A DNA stretch of 64,000 nucleotides, from contig CAWCQS010000015.1 in NCBI GenBank assembly GCA_963797715.1, positions 168,792-232,791 on the forward strand, read 5' to 3'. Source of the stretch: an uncultured Acidobacteriota bacterium (GTDB taxonomy: Bacteria > Acidobacteriota > Vicinamibacteria > Vicinamibacterales > 2-12-FULL-66-21). The position numbers and the translations under genes are program-made. Position 1 is the stretch's first letter, and the number at the start of each line of letters is the position of its first letter. Positions 39,031 through 48,286 of the stretch are shown here, one piece after another. A model generated the notes under the pieces. It was not told the origin of the DNA and did not search any database. It was given only the letters and a program-made list of their open reading frames with translations.

Positions 39031-39723
39031 GGTAGCGGCCTGTTGACCCGCGGATTGAGGGGCAGGGGCTCTTCCGGTTTCTTCAAGAACCAATCGACCA
39101 GCCGGAGCGGCTTTCCGATCCGCATCGGTAGCGCCTCCTGCAGCCGCTCAATCGCCGGCAGCGCTTCCGTCAGGCTGCTGACAACGCCGATTCCACGTTC
39201 GGTCGCATGCGCCTCGAGCGTCGGATTGGGATCGCGCAGCATCAGCAGCGTCCTGGTCGGCCCCGCCGCAATCACCTCCGCGCAATTGACGATCTGATCG
39301 TCGACAACGAGATCGAGACGCATCGCGTTGGCGAGTTCCCCCCGAGACCCAGGCACCGTAAGCACCGCCGGCAAGTAGAAACCCTGCAGCTCCAGCCACC
39401 ACTGCGTCTGGAATTGCACGGGATCGCCCGCACTCGCCGGCCGCTTCGTCAAGAAGAACACTTCCCACCGCGCAGCGCGAGCCAGCGTGTAGAGCCTCGC
39501 AATCTCGGATGGCTCGTGGGGCGGTACCCTTCAGCCACCAGTTGGGCGTGCGAGCGATGTGCGCCCACACCTTCCCGACGTCCCCTTGGGTGAGCGGCGC
39601 CGGCTTGGCGCCGTCCACATCCTCCGCTAGCGCGTGCCCCAGGCATTCACGGGCGGCGGCCCTGAAGGCGCTGCGAAAATCCGCGAGGACGCCGTCGACG
39701 TCGAACCCGAGGCGGAGCGACAT
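39027..39723 (-). pseudogene. HAD-superfamily 5-prime(3-prime)-deoxyribonucleotidase-like gene, split by a frameshift
   Basis: The N-terminal half (frame of 39148..39723) reads MSLRLGFDVDGVLADF...TPNWWLK. The C-terminal half (frame of 39027..39461) continues VPPHEPSEIARLYTLARAARWEVFFLTKRP.... The junction is at about 39515-39535, and the N-frame becomes nonsense after it. Confidence 0.7.
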
Positions 39724-39839
39724 TGGCTCACTACTCTAACGCGGCTCGGGGCTGGCGGCTCGCGGTCAGCAGCTCGCTGCTCGCGGCTCGGGCACGGTTC
39801 GGGGTTCGGCCCAACGAACAAGTGCAGCCGCACTTCAGT

Positions 39840-41183
39840 TCACGCCACGTCGTGGCGTTCGTAGACCACCAGCGCCGCAAGCAGAGCGGCCAGGGCGGCG
39901 TTGGCGGGCATCACGAGGCCGGTCTCCCAAAGGCTCTGGAGCGCCACTGCCGCCAGACCGCAGGCCGCGCCGGCCCTGATCCAGAACAGGCCCGATTGGT
40001 CGCGTGTCAACCGCTCGCGGGCAGAACGAACGAACGCGATGACCGCGAGGACGAACGCCGTTATCAACATCGCGCCGCCTTCCGCCGCGATTTGCAGATA
40101 GTGGTTGTGCGCCTGGTTGAAGTAGACGACTCGCGACGACTGCTGGTAGTAGAACATCGCTCGCTGATAAGTGCCGGCGCCGGTGCCAGTCAGCCAGAAG
40201 TCGCGGATGATGGGCACGGTCTCGCGCCAGATCGTCAAGCGGTTCGCCAAGCCGCTCTGCGCTCCGGCGACGCGTTGACCCAACGCCGGGATATCGGCCC
40301 ACGCAAAGCCGCACACGACGACGAGGGCTGCTGCCAACAGTAGTCGGTTGCGGCGCCGGCGATCGAGGCGATGTCGGCAGAAGATGATGGTTCCGCACGC
40401 CGCGGCGGCGAGCGCGAGCATTCCTGAACGCGACAGCGAGAGGAGCAGCGCGACGAGCATGGTCACGCCCGCCGCCAGCAGCCAGGCCGTTCGCGGATCG
40501 ACTGACGATGCCAGGCGTGCACGCGCGCTGGCGTGCGTCGGCTCGGCCGGCTTCCCCAGGCGCGCCGCAATATAGCCGAGAGAGAGCGGCAGCGCCATGA
40601 TGACCCAGGTCGCGAAGTGGTTTCGGTTGACGAACGGACCAAAGGGAAGCGGTCCCTCGAATTCGGTCCTGAATCGCCAGTAGATGTCACGTCCGGCCGT
40701 CGCTGCCTGCGCGATCGCCAGCAGCGAGACGGCAAAACCCAGCGCCACGATCATGCGGACCGTCTGCCGGACTCCACCCCGGCGAAACCGGCCGCGGGCT
40801 ATCAAAAACGTCGCGATGGCTCCGGCCATTACGATCCACGCCCAAGCGGTATCCGTTCGACTGAGCGTCAAGGCGCGAAAGCCTGCGTCTGTGCTCAACT
40901 GAATCGAGAGCGCACGGCTCACCGCCACGGCGTGTGGTGACAGCATCGCCACAAGCGCAGCTGGCAAAGGAATGAGCTGGACGGTGACAATCGCGAGCAG
41001 GCCGAGAAGCGCTCGATCGACGGCACCGCCAAGGCGTGACCGTTCGAATGCCGCCAGCGCGAGACAGGTCAGGCCAAAGGCGGTTGCCGTCGTTGCCGAC
41101 CGCCCGCCAAACGCGACGAGTGGCCAAGCCACGAGCACGACCAGCGCGATAACCCGCAGCCGTCGCGAGCGATCGGACCCCAC
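39840..41183 (-). CDS. O-antigen ligase/polymerase family (Wzy_C-type) membrane protein
   Basis: Trimmed to the GTG at 41183-41181, one base after the upstream TGA. Polytopic. NQAHNHYLQIAAEGG is typical of the Wzy_C loop. Confidence 0.75.
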   Translation of the reverse strand: MGSDRSRRLRVIALVVLVAWPLVAFGGRSATTATAFGLTCLALAAFERSRLGGAVDRALLGLLAIVTVQLIPLPAALVAMLSPHAVAVSRALSIQLSTDAGFRALTLSRTDTAWAWIVMAGAIATFLIARGRFRRGGVRQTVRMIVALGFAVSLLAIAQAATAGRDIYWRFRTEFEGPLPFGPFVNRNHFATWVIMALPLSLGYIAARLGKPAEPTHASARARLASSVDPRTAWLLAAGVTMLVALLLSLSRSGMLALAAAACGTIIFCRHRLDRRRRNRLLLAAALVVVCGFAWADIPALGQRVAGAQSGLANRLTIWRETVPIIRDFWLTGTGAGTYQRAMFYYQQSSRVVYFNQAHNHYLQIAAEGGAMLITAFVLAVIAFVRSARERLTRDQSGLFWIRAGAACGLAAVALQSLWETGLVMPANAALAALLAALVVYERHDVA

Positions 41184-41184
41184 T

Positions 41185-43461
41185 TCAGGCAGTCTTCTTG
41201 CCGCTGGTGCCGCTGCCGTAATAGTTCTGGTAGTGGTAGCCGTAGTAGCGTGAGTAGTAGTACTTGTTGCGATCGAAATCGACACGGTTGAGCACGGCGC
41301 CGATCGACTTCGCCTTGCCTGCGCCGAGCGTTTCGATCGCGCGCTCAGCGTGCACGCGCCGCGTCATCTCCGAACCGATCACGAAGACGACGCCTGATAC
41401 CGCTCTTGCAACGATGACGGCATCCGTCACCGCCAATATGGGCGGCGTGTCGATGATCACCCAGTCAAACGGACCCGATCGCAGGTTGGCGAGCAGCGCG
41501 TTCATGCGCTCGGAGGACAGCAGCTCCGATGGATTCGGTGGGATCAGGCCGGCAGTGATGACGAACAGGTTGGGCTCACTGGTTTTCTGCACGGCTTCCC
41601 GCACGCGCGCCTGACCGACGAGGAGATGCGAGAGGCCGATCTCGTTCTTTGCGCCGATGACGGTATGCAGGCCGGGCCGGCGCATATCGGCGTCGACCAG
41701 CAGGACGCGTGAGCCGCCGAGCGCCAGGACCAACCCGAGATTGCACGCCGTCGTCGTCTTGCCCTCGAGCGGCTGGCTGCTCGTGACTCCGATGACTCGC
41801 GGCCCTTCCGACCTGCTGGTAAAGACGAGAGAAGTCCGCAGCGATCGAAACGCTTCGCCGAAATCGTGAGGCACCGGCTCCGAGAGCAGCGGCGCGCGCT
41901 TGTCCCTTACTGACGGCACGAGGCCAAGGAGCGGCAGTCGCAGCTTGCCGGTGACGTCATCCGGCGTTTTCACGGTGTCGTCCAGGTACTCCATCCCGAA
42001 CGCGAGGCCAAGCGCCACCAGCAACCCGGCAAGGAGCGCGGTGAACCAGTCGCGACGAGCGTTGGGCGAGAACGGCGCACCCGGCACCTCGGCACGGTCC
42101 ATGACCGTCACGTTGTTCGTCCGGCTGTTGCTGATAACGCGCAGTTCCTTCTGTTGCTGCAGGAGCGACTGATACACGAGCCGGTTGGTCTCGGCCTGAC
42201 GCTGCAGCACCAGATAGCCGCCGCTCTTGCGGTCGAGATCCATGGCCGCACCCTTCTGCGACTCGAGCTGCCCGGCGTAGCTCCGTTCCTCTATTGCTGC
42301 CGCTTCATACTCGTTGCGGGCCGATTCGATGACGCGCGTGCGTTGCGCGACGAGGGCGGCGCGCGCGCTTTCGATCTGCCCCTCGACCTTGATGAGATCC
42401 GGATGTCCCGGCAGGTACCGTTGCGAGAGCCGCGACTTGTCCGCCATCAAGTCGTTCAGGCGCGTCTTGGCTTCAATCACGCCGGGATTGGCAGCAATCA
42501 CCGGGAACGCGTCTGCGGCGTCGCTCTTGGGGTCGACCGACTTCACCTGGCTGTAGGCGGCTTCCTTCTGTAACCGCGTGGTCCGCGCTCGTGTCGCCGT
42601 GTCGTTGAGCGTATTCAGCCGCGAGACGACGATGTTCTGGCGATCTTCGAGCGACAGCGCATTCTGCTGCTCGCGGTACTTCGCCATCGCCGTTTCGGCT
42701 TCGGTGACTTTCTTTTCCTGCTTCACGACCTCGTCGCTCAGCCACACGAGGTTCTTGTTGATCGTCTCGAGCCGAAGGTCGAGGTTCTGCTGCGCGTACT
42801 CTTCGGCAAGCGTGGTCGCTGCAAGCGCCGCGAACTCCGGGCTCGATGACGTGTAGATGACTTCGACGAGACGCGTCGCCTTCTCTGGCACGATGTCGAC
42901 GCCACCGAGGAACTGGCTGATGAGGCCGCTCTCGACTGCGCTCTCGTCCGCGGCGGGTTTCTCGATTGTGTGCTGGTTCTTCGCTCCCGAGACCATGCTC
43001 CGCACAGACGTGCCGATCGCCTTGCGCACCTCGCGCACCGCGCCCAGCGGGCCGCGGCTCTGCGGCGCGCTGCCGTTGAAGAGCGGGTGATTCTGCAATT
43101 GCAGCCGGCGAACGACGCGCTGGGCCAGACTGCGGCTGCGCAAAATGCTGTACTGGGTGTTGTAGTACTGCTCCGAGTCCTGCCAGAACATCGGATCGTT
43201 CGAGTTGAGATTGCCGACCGCGTTGGTGCGTTCGTCGCGAATCTCGACGCGGGCGCTCGAACGATAGAGCGGAATCTTCGAGTAGGTCTGAAGCATCATC
43301 AGACCGACGACGATGACGAAGGCCGTGCCGGCGACGCGGCGATGTCGGAAGACGGCCGTCAGGCGATCCAGCAGGTGCACCTGCGTCGTCGCTGAAGACG
43401 ACCGCTGGCCCTCGACTGTGTCGGCTGGCCCGGTTGGTTGGAGATCCTGGACGTCGAACAT
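41185..43461 (-). CDS. Polysaccharide co-polymerase / tyrosine autokinase (Wzc/GumC-like)
   Basis: Trimmed to ATG at 43461 (MFDVQDLQ...). It has a Wzz-like N-terminal domain, a long coiled-coil periplasmic region and a second TM helix. The C-terminal P-loop kinase has SSQPLEGKTTTACNLG, LLVDADMRRP and VIIDTPP, followed by the Tyr-rich tail NKYYYSRYYGYHYQNYYG. Confidence 0.9.
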   Translation of the reverse strand: MFDVQDLQPTGPADTVEGQRSSSATTQVHLLDRLTAVFRHRRVAGTAFVIVVGLMMLQTYSKIPLYRSSARVEIRDERTNAVGNLNSNDPMFWQDSEQYYNTQYSILRSRSLAQRVVRRLQLQNHPLFNGSAPQSRGPLGAVREVRKAIGTSVRSMVSGAKNQHTIEKPAADESAVESGLISQFLGGVDIVPEKATRLVEVIYTSSSPEFAALAATTLAEEYAQQNLDLRLETINKNLVWLSDEVVKQEKKVTEAETAMAKYREQQNALSLEDRQNIVVSRLNTLNDTATRARTTRLQKEAAYSQVKSVDPKSDAADAFPVIAANPGVIEAKTRLNDLMADKSRLSQRYLPGHPDLIKVEGQIESARAALVAQRTRVIESARNEYEAAAIEERSYAGQLESQKGAAMDLDRKSGGYLVLQRQAETNRLVYQSLLQQQKELRVISNSRTNNVTVMDRAEVPGAPFSPNARRDWFTALLAGLLVALGLAFGMEYLDDTVKTPDDVTGKLRLPLLGLVPSVRDKRAPLLSEPVPHDFGEAFRSLRTSLVFTSRSEGPRVIGVTSSQPLEGKTTTACNLGLVLALGGSRVLLVDADMRRPGLHTVIGAKNEIGLSHLLVGQARVREAVQKTSEPNLFVITAGLIPPNPSELLSSERMNALLANLRSGPFDWVIIDTPPILAVTDAVIVARAVSGVVFVIGSEMTRRVHAERAIETLGAGKAKSIGAVLNRVDFDRNKYYYSRYYGYHYQNYYGSGTSGKKTA

Positions 43462-43475
43462 GAGTGCGTCAGCGT

Positions 43476-43971
43476 CTACTGACCGCTCGCGGGACTCCCG
43501 TTCGATCCCACTGCGGTCACGCCGAGCGTTGACGCGGCAATGATTGCCGCAGCAGCGGCGTTGCCGAAGAAGCCCGCAACCCACGGCGTTTTCGAGCTCA
43601 GCCGGACGAGGGTGGTCACCTGCCCACCAGCGGTGACGCCGAAAAGATCACCGATCGCGAGAACTCTCTCGTCGGCGGACAGGAGCTCGACGACATAGGC
43701 GCCGGGTTCGGCGCGTTCGAACCGGAAGCGGCCGTCCGCATCACTGACGGTGCGCGCGACGCCGCGGCCTGTGTTGACGCTGCGGAGGCGAATCCGCGCT
43801 TGAGGGTACGGTTGAGAATCGCCCTTCCAGGCGCCGCCGATCACGACGCCGACGGTCGTGGTTCCCACCGGCAGCCTGCGGCTTCGCTGGTGTCTGTGCC
43901 GTTGCGGGCAGGGTGACCAGTAGCAACGCGGCGACGGCCACCATCGCACGACTCCCCGTGGCGCGGAACAT
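43476..43971 (-). pseudogene. Carboxypeptidase-regulatory-like (CarboxypepD_reg) domain protein, signal peptide in a different frame
   Basis: The frame of 43741..43971 gives MFRATGSRAMVAVAALLLVTLPATAQTPAKPQAAG (a signal peptide). The frame of 43476..43949 gives ...TTTVGVVIGGAWKGDSQPYPQARIRLRSVNTGRGVARTVSDADGRFRFERAEPGAYVVEL. The junction is at about 43860-43870. Alternatively this is an intact CDS from the GTG at 43868 that lacks a signal peptide. Confidence 0.5.
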
Positions 43972-44320
43972 GGATACTCCCCAGAAGCGCTCCGGGCCGG
44001 CCCCGGCGGCGCCCCAATCGCCAGTTGTCAGACGGTTTCAATCTTGTAATGTAGACCAGGATGCCGGCAGGAACAACCTGGAATCAACTTCTTATGTAGC
44101 AAAGATCTGGCCGGCTTCCGAGCGGTTGCCACGCAGGGATGGCCGCGTGCGGAATCGACTCGCAAGCTGTTCCGAGATGGACCAGTTGATCACGTTTCGC
44201 GTGCTACAATCCCTCGCTCTCGAGCGGTCGGCGTGGCCGATCGTGCGCGAGATTTCGCACCCGCGCCCGGCGTCGGCGCCGATAGCTGACCCCATCCGGG
44301 AGCGACATGAGCCCAGACCA

Positions 44321-45163
44321 ATGAGCCGTGACCTCGATGCGCTGACCTCTTCGACGCTCAAGCATCTCCGCGAGCACTGGTGGGACGATGCCTTCACGGC
44401 GTTTCTCGAGGAGACCCTGCGTCCGCGGCCGGGGAAGCGGATCCTCGACGTCGGCTGCGGAACCGGAACCGCCGAAATCAGCCTTGCGCGTCTGCGTTTG
44501 TCGCAGATGCACCTCTTCGGGGTGGATCTTGTGACCGAGCGCGTGCGCGAGGCGCACGCGGCAACTCGAGGCATCAACGTGCGGGTCGGCTATGCGGCTG
44601 CGGATGCGTGCCGGCTGCCGTTTGCCGCCAACTCGTTCGACTCGACGTATTGCGTTGCCGTGCTGCAACACATCCGCGATCTGTCTGGCGGGCTGGCCGA
44701 AATCGCGCGCGTGACGCGTCCCGGCGGACGGGTGCTCATCGTCGAGCCTGACAACGCCGCACGCTATTGGTTCAGCTCGGTGCAGAGCGGGATGGAAGCC
44801 TTCGAGATCAGCCGGCGCTTTTTCGGCGGGCTGCTGTCAGTCCGCGGCGAGTCGCCGGCCGCTGCGGTCGGACCGCTCGTCCCTGGACTTCTCGCCGCGA
44901 GCGGCGTCGAACCCGTCTCGGTCCGGCTCTTCCCGGTATCGGTCGCGCATCTTGGCGTGCCGCCGCCGACGTTCTGGGAGTCGCGCCGAACCACTGTTCG
45001 TAGTGTCATCGCCAAGGCGCCAGACGAATCGCTGCGGCGCCTCGGCGCCGACTTCCTCAAGGCGATCGATCAGTACGCTCGCGACGCGTCAACGGCCGGT
45101 TCTGCCTTCGTCGAAATCCAGAACACGATGCTCTTCGCAACGGTCGGACAGCGGGCGGAGTGA
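44321..45163 (+). CDS. Class I SAM-dependent methyltransferase (Methyltransf_11-like)
   Basis: Track ORF 43913..45163. The likely start is ATG at 44321 (alternative ATG at 44177). Contains KRILDVGCGTGTAEISL...RPGGRVLIVEPD. Confidence 0.75.
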   Translation: MSRDLDALTSSTLKHLREHWWDDAFTAFLEETLRPRPGKRILDVGCGTGTAEISLARLRLSQMHLFGVDLVTERVREAHAATRGINVRVGYAAADACRLPFAANSFDSTYCVAVLQHIRDLSGGLAEIARVTRPGGRVLIVEPDNAARYWFSSVQSGMEAFEISRRFFGGLLSVRGESPAAAVGPLVPGLLAASGVEPVSVRLFPVSVAHLGVPPPTFWESRRTTVRSVIAKAPDESLRRLGADFLKAIDQYARDASTAGSAFVEIQNTMLFATVGQRAE

Positions 45164-45957
45164 CGCGTCAACCTGCACAGAAAGCCACGAGTGGCACCGA
45201 GGGCTGGGACCAGTACGCGCCGTTCTACGATTGGGAAAACGCGCAGACCGTCGCGCGGCGTGACATCGCGTTCTGGCAACGGCTGGCCGTCGCCAACGAT
45301 GGGCCGGTGCTCGAGCTCGGCTGCGGTACGGGCCGTGTCGCGGTTCCGGTTGTCAAGGCCGGCGCACAACTCGTCGGGATTGACCTGTCGGCGCCCATGC
45401 TCGAGCGGGCGCACCGGCGGCTTCGGCGGGCGCGCCTGAGCGATCGCGCCCTCCTCGTGCGCGGTGACATCCGGCACCTGCCGTTTCGATCGCGACGCGG
45501 GTTCGGTCTGGTGATGGCGCCGTACGGGATCTTGCAGTCTCTGACCCGCGAGCGCGATCTCGTCGCCACTCTGGCGTCAGTGTCCCGCGTCGTACGCCCA
45601 GGTGGCTTGTTCGGCGTCGACCTCGTGCCCGATCTGCCGCGTTGGAGCGAATACAGACGGCGTACGAGCCTGCGAGGGAAGAAAGGTGCGGCGACGACTG
45701 TGACGCTCGTCGAGTCGGTCCGTCAGGATCGCCGGCGCAAGCTCACAATCTTCGATCAGGAGTACATCGAGCGGCGTGGACGCGAGCGTACCGTTCATCG
45801 CTTTGCGCTGACCTTCCGCACGTTGTCGGTGCCGCAGATGGTCACACGAGTCGAGGCGGCAGGTTTTCGGATTCAGGCCATCCTCGGCGACTATCAGGGC
45901 GGACCGTGGGACGAGCGCGCCGATGTCTGGATCATCCTGGCGGAGAAGAAGCTGTGA
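45160..45957 (+). CDS. Class I SAM-dependent methyltransferase
   Basis: VLELGCGTGRVAVPVVKAGAQLVGIDLSAPMLERA. The start overlaps the upstream stop. Confidence 0.8.
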   Translation: MTRQPAQKATSGTEGWDQYAPFYDWENAQTVARRDIAFWQRLAVANDGPVLELGCGTGRVAVPVVKAGAQLVGIDLSAPMLERAHRRLRRARLSDRALLVRGDIRHLPFRSRRGFGLVMAPYGILQSLTRERDLVATLASVSRVVRPGGLFGVDLVPDLPRWSEYRRRTSLRGKKGAATTVTLVESVRQDRRRKLTIFDQEYIERRGRERTVHRFALTFRTLSVPQMVTRVEAAGFRIQAILGDYQGGPWDERADVWIILAEKKL

Positions 45958-45959
45958 AC

Positions 45960-46232
45960 ATGTGGAAGCACAGCCCTGACGTCGTCTATCGCGATCTCGA
46001 GGGCGAGGCCGTGATCCTCGATCTCGCCTCGGGCACGTACTTCGGATTGAATGAAGTCGGCACTCGGGTCTGGCGGATGATTGATGAAGGACGCGACGCG
46101 GCCGAGATCGTCGATATCGTCGCTACGGAGTATCAGGCCGATCGCGGGACCATCGCCCAGGACGTCGCGCGGCTGCTCAACGACCTCAGTGCCCGCCGTC
46201 TCATAGTCGCGGGCGGGGCCGAGCCGGTGTGA
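45960..46232 (+). CDS. PqqD-family protein (lasso peptide B1 / RiPP recognition element)
   Basis: Track ORF 45642..46232 is trimmed to ATG at 45960 (a GTG at 45954 overlaps the upstream TGA). 90 aa: MWKHSPDVVYRDLEGEAVILDLASGTYFGLNEVGTRVWRMIDEGRDAAEIVDIV..., a typical PqqD pattern. Confidence 0.8.
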   Translation: MWKHSPDVVYRDLEGEAVILDLASGTYFGLNEVGTRVWRMIDEGRDAAEIVDIVATEYQADRGTIAQDVARLLNDLSARRLIVAGGAEPV

Positions 46233-48092
46233 GCGCGATCGCGGGCTGCTGCTGGCTCGACGGCCGGCCCGCCCGCGCCGATGACCTCAGTACGTCCATG
46301 GGCGCCGCTCGGCACCGGGCGCGCCTGCCGTTCCGCGTGAGGTGCGCCGGGCCGGTCGTTCTCGCGTACGCCCCCGGCGACGCTGCCGACTGCCAGCCAT
46401 TTCACGACGCATCCTCTCGTACGACGCTCGTCATCGACGGCCACATCGATAACGTCGACGAGATGGCAATGGCGCTCGCCACCGAACGATCGGCGCTGGC
46501 CGTCGTCCTCTCTGCCTGGCGCCGCTGGGGGCTCGACTGTGGCTCGCATCTTCTCGGTGATTTTGTCGTCGTCGTGAGCGAGGAGACGACGCGGCGTGTC
46601 GTCTGCATCCGTGATTCCATGGGGCAGCGTCCGCTGTTTTATTGCACCGGACCGCACGGAGTCGTGTTCGCATCCGAGGTGCAACAGGTTGTGCGGCACG
46701 TCGCCGCGAGCACTGGCGTACCGCCGGTGTTCAACGACGCCATGATTGCTGAGTACCTGTCGGGCGAGCCCCAGACCGTCGCAGAAACGCTCTGGCGGGG
46801 TGTGTATCGATTGCCGCCTGCGCATTCGCTCGAGATCACGAGCCGCGGTACGGTGGTGCGGCGTTACTGGGATTTCGATCCCGAGGCGCGGGTGGAGTAC
46901 GCTCACGCCGGGGAGTATGCCGAGCATTTCCGCGACGTCTTCACTCGCGCTGTCGATTGTCGAGTGCGCGGCACAGGCCCTGTTGGTGTCTTCCTGAGCG
47001 GAGGCATCGACTCCTCCTCGGTGGCGGGTCTGGCGCAGGCCGCTCAACGCGCGGCCGGTCGCGAAGCGATCCAGGCATTCACGGTCGCCTTTCCGGGACG
47101 GCCATGCGACGAAACCGTCTATAGCCAGGCGGTCGTCGACAAATGGAGTTTGCCGGCCACCCGTATCGATGCCGCGCCTCCGTCCAGAGAGACACTGGCG
47201 CTCCGGGCAGCGCAAGACCTCGATATCCCGCCGAGTCCCACCAGCCTCAGTTGCCGATCCGCTCCGTGCACGCGCCGCCTCGGCGGGAGTGCGAGTCCTG
47301 TTGACTGGCTACGGCGGCGACGATTTCTTCACGGGAGATCCCTCGTCGCGGCTCGATCTGCTGCGCGAGGGCCGCGTCGTAGCGTGGGGCCGGGCCATGA
47401 TCAGCCCAGTGTTGTCTCACCGCGTACGAGGTCTGCTGAGGCCTGTGGTGGGCGCGCGTCCGCCTCGCCGTCGGTGGATTCGGCCCGAGTTTGTGTCACG
47501 TGTCGCGCTGGAGGACCGGCTGCGCCCTCGTCCAGCGCTGCCGTTTGCGACGCCCGAACAGCGGGAGAGTCATCGTTCGGCCACCAGCCTCACGCAGATC
47601 CTTGGCGATGAGGTGGAGGACCGGACCGCACACGCGTCCGGCATCGATCAGCGCCACCCCTTCTACGACCGGCGAGTCGCCGAGTACGGTCTCGCCCTGC
47701 CCGTCGGCCAGCGCTCGAACGGGCGCGAGATCAAGATCGTGATTCGTCGTGCCCTCGCCGACTATCTGCCGCCACTGGTGGCGGCCCGGACAACGCTCGC
47801 TGACAAGGCCGAGTTCTCGTCCACCTATGTCGAAGCGATCGAAGCGTTCGGCGGCAGGGGGGCCTTCACCCGGCTGCGCTCCGAGGATGCGGGATGGGTC
47901 GACGGCCGCGCCGTCTGTCGCATGTATGAGGACATGATTCAGCTTTACACTCGTGGCAGGGCCGCGTACATTGCTCTCACCGAGCCGCTGTGGGCGGTGA
48001 TCGCGCTTGAACTATGGCTCGACGCGTGCGAGCGGTTCGCGTGTCGCGGGTCCGATGAGCGTGCGGATCTGAACACTGGGGGATTGACGTGA
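46229..48092 (+). pseudogene. Asparagine-synthetase-like lasso peptide cyclase (C protein), split between two frames
   Basis: The N-terminal frame (46229...) has MSAIAGCCWLDG... and VGVFLSGGIDSSSVAG (PP-loop SGGxDS). It becomes Arg/Ser-rich nonsense after ...AAQDLDIPPSPTSL. The frame of 47169..48092 continues ...VADPLRARAASAGVRVLLTGYGGDDFFTG...IDQRHPFYDRRVAEY.... The junction is at about 47240-47255. Confidence 0.8.
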
Positions 48093-48286
48093 ACGACGAG
48101 CGCGACGCCAACGAGCGGGACGGAGGCAGCCCCGCGTCGAACGCGGTGCAGAACGATGTCCGGGCCGCGCGGCGCCCCTATCTCGCGCCGGAGCTGATCG
48201 AGTACGGAACCGTTGCCAAGCTGACACAGACTGGTGGCGGCTCGGTCAAGGACTTCGGCAACATGATGACAATGGCAGGTCTGTGA
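48089..48286 (+). CDS. Candidate lasso peptide precursor (A peptide)
   Basis: 65-aa ORF whose start and stop overlap the flanking C and B2 genes (GTGA at both ends). The leader contains YLAPEL...KLTQ, that is YxxPxL with Thr at the position matching -2. The predicted core is TGGGSVKDFGNMMTMAGL, with Asp at position 8. Confidence 0.65.
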   Translation: MNDERDANERDGGSPASNAVQNDVRAARRPYLAPELIEYGTVAKLTQTGGGSVKDFGNMMTMAGL

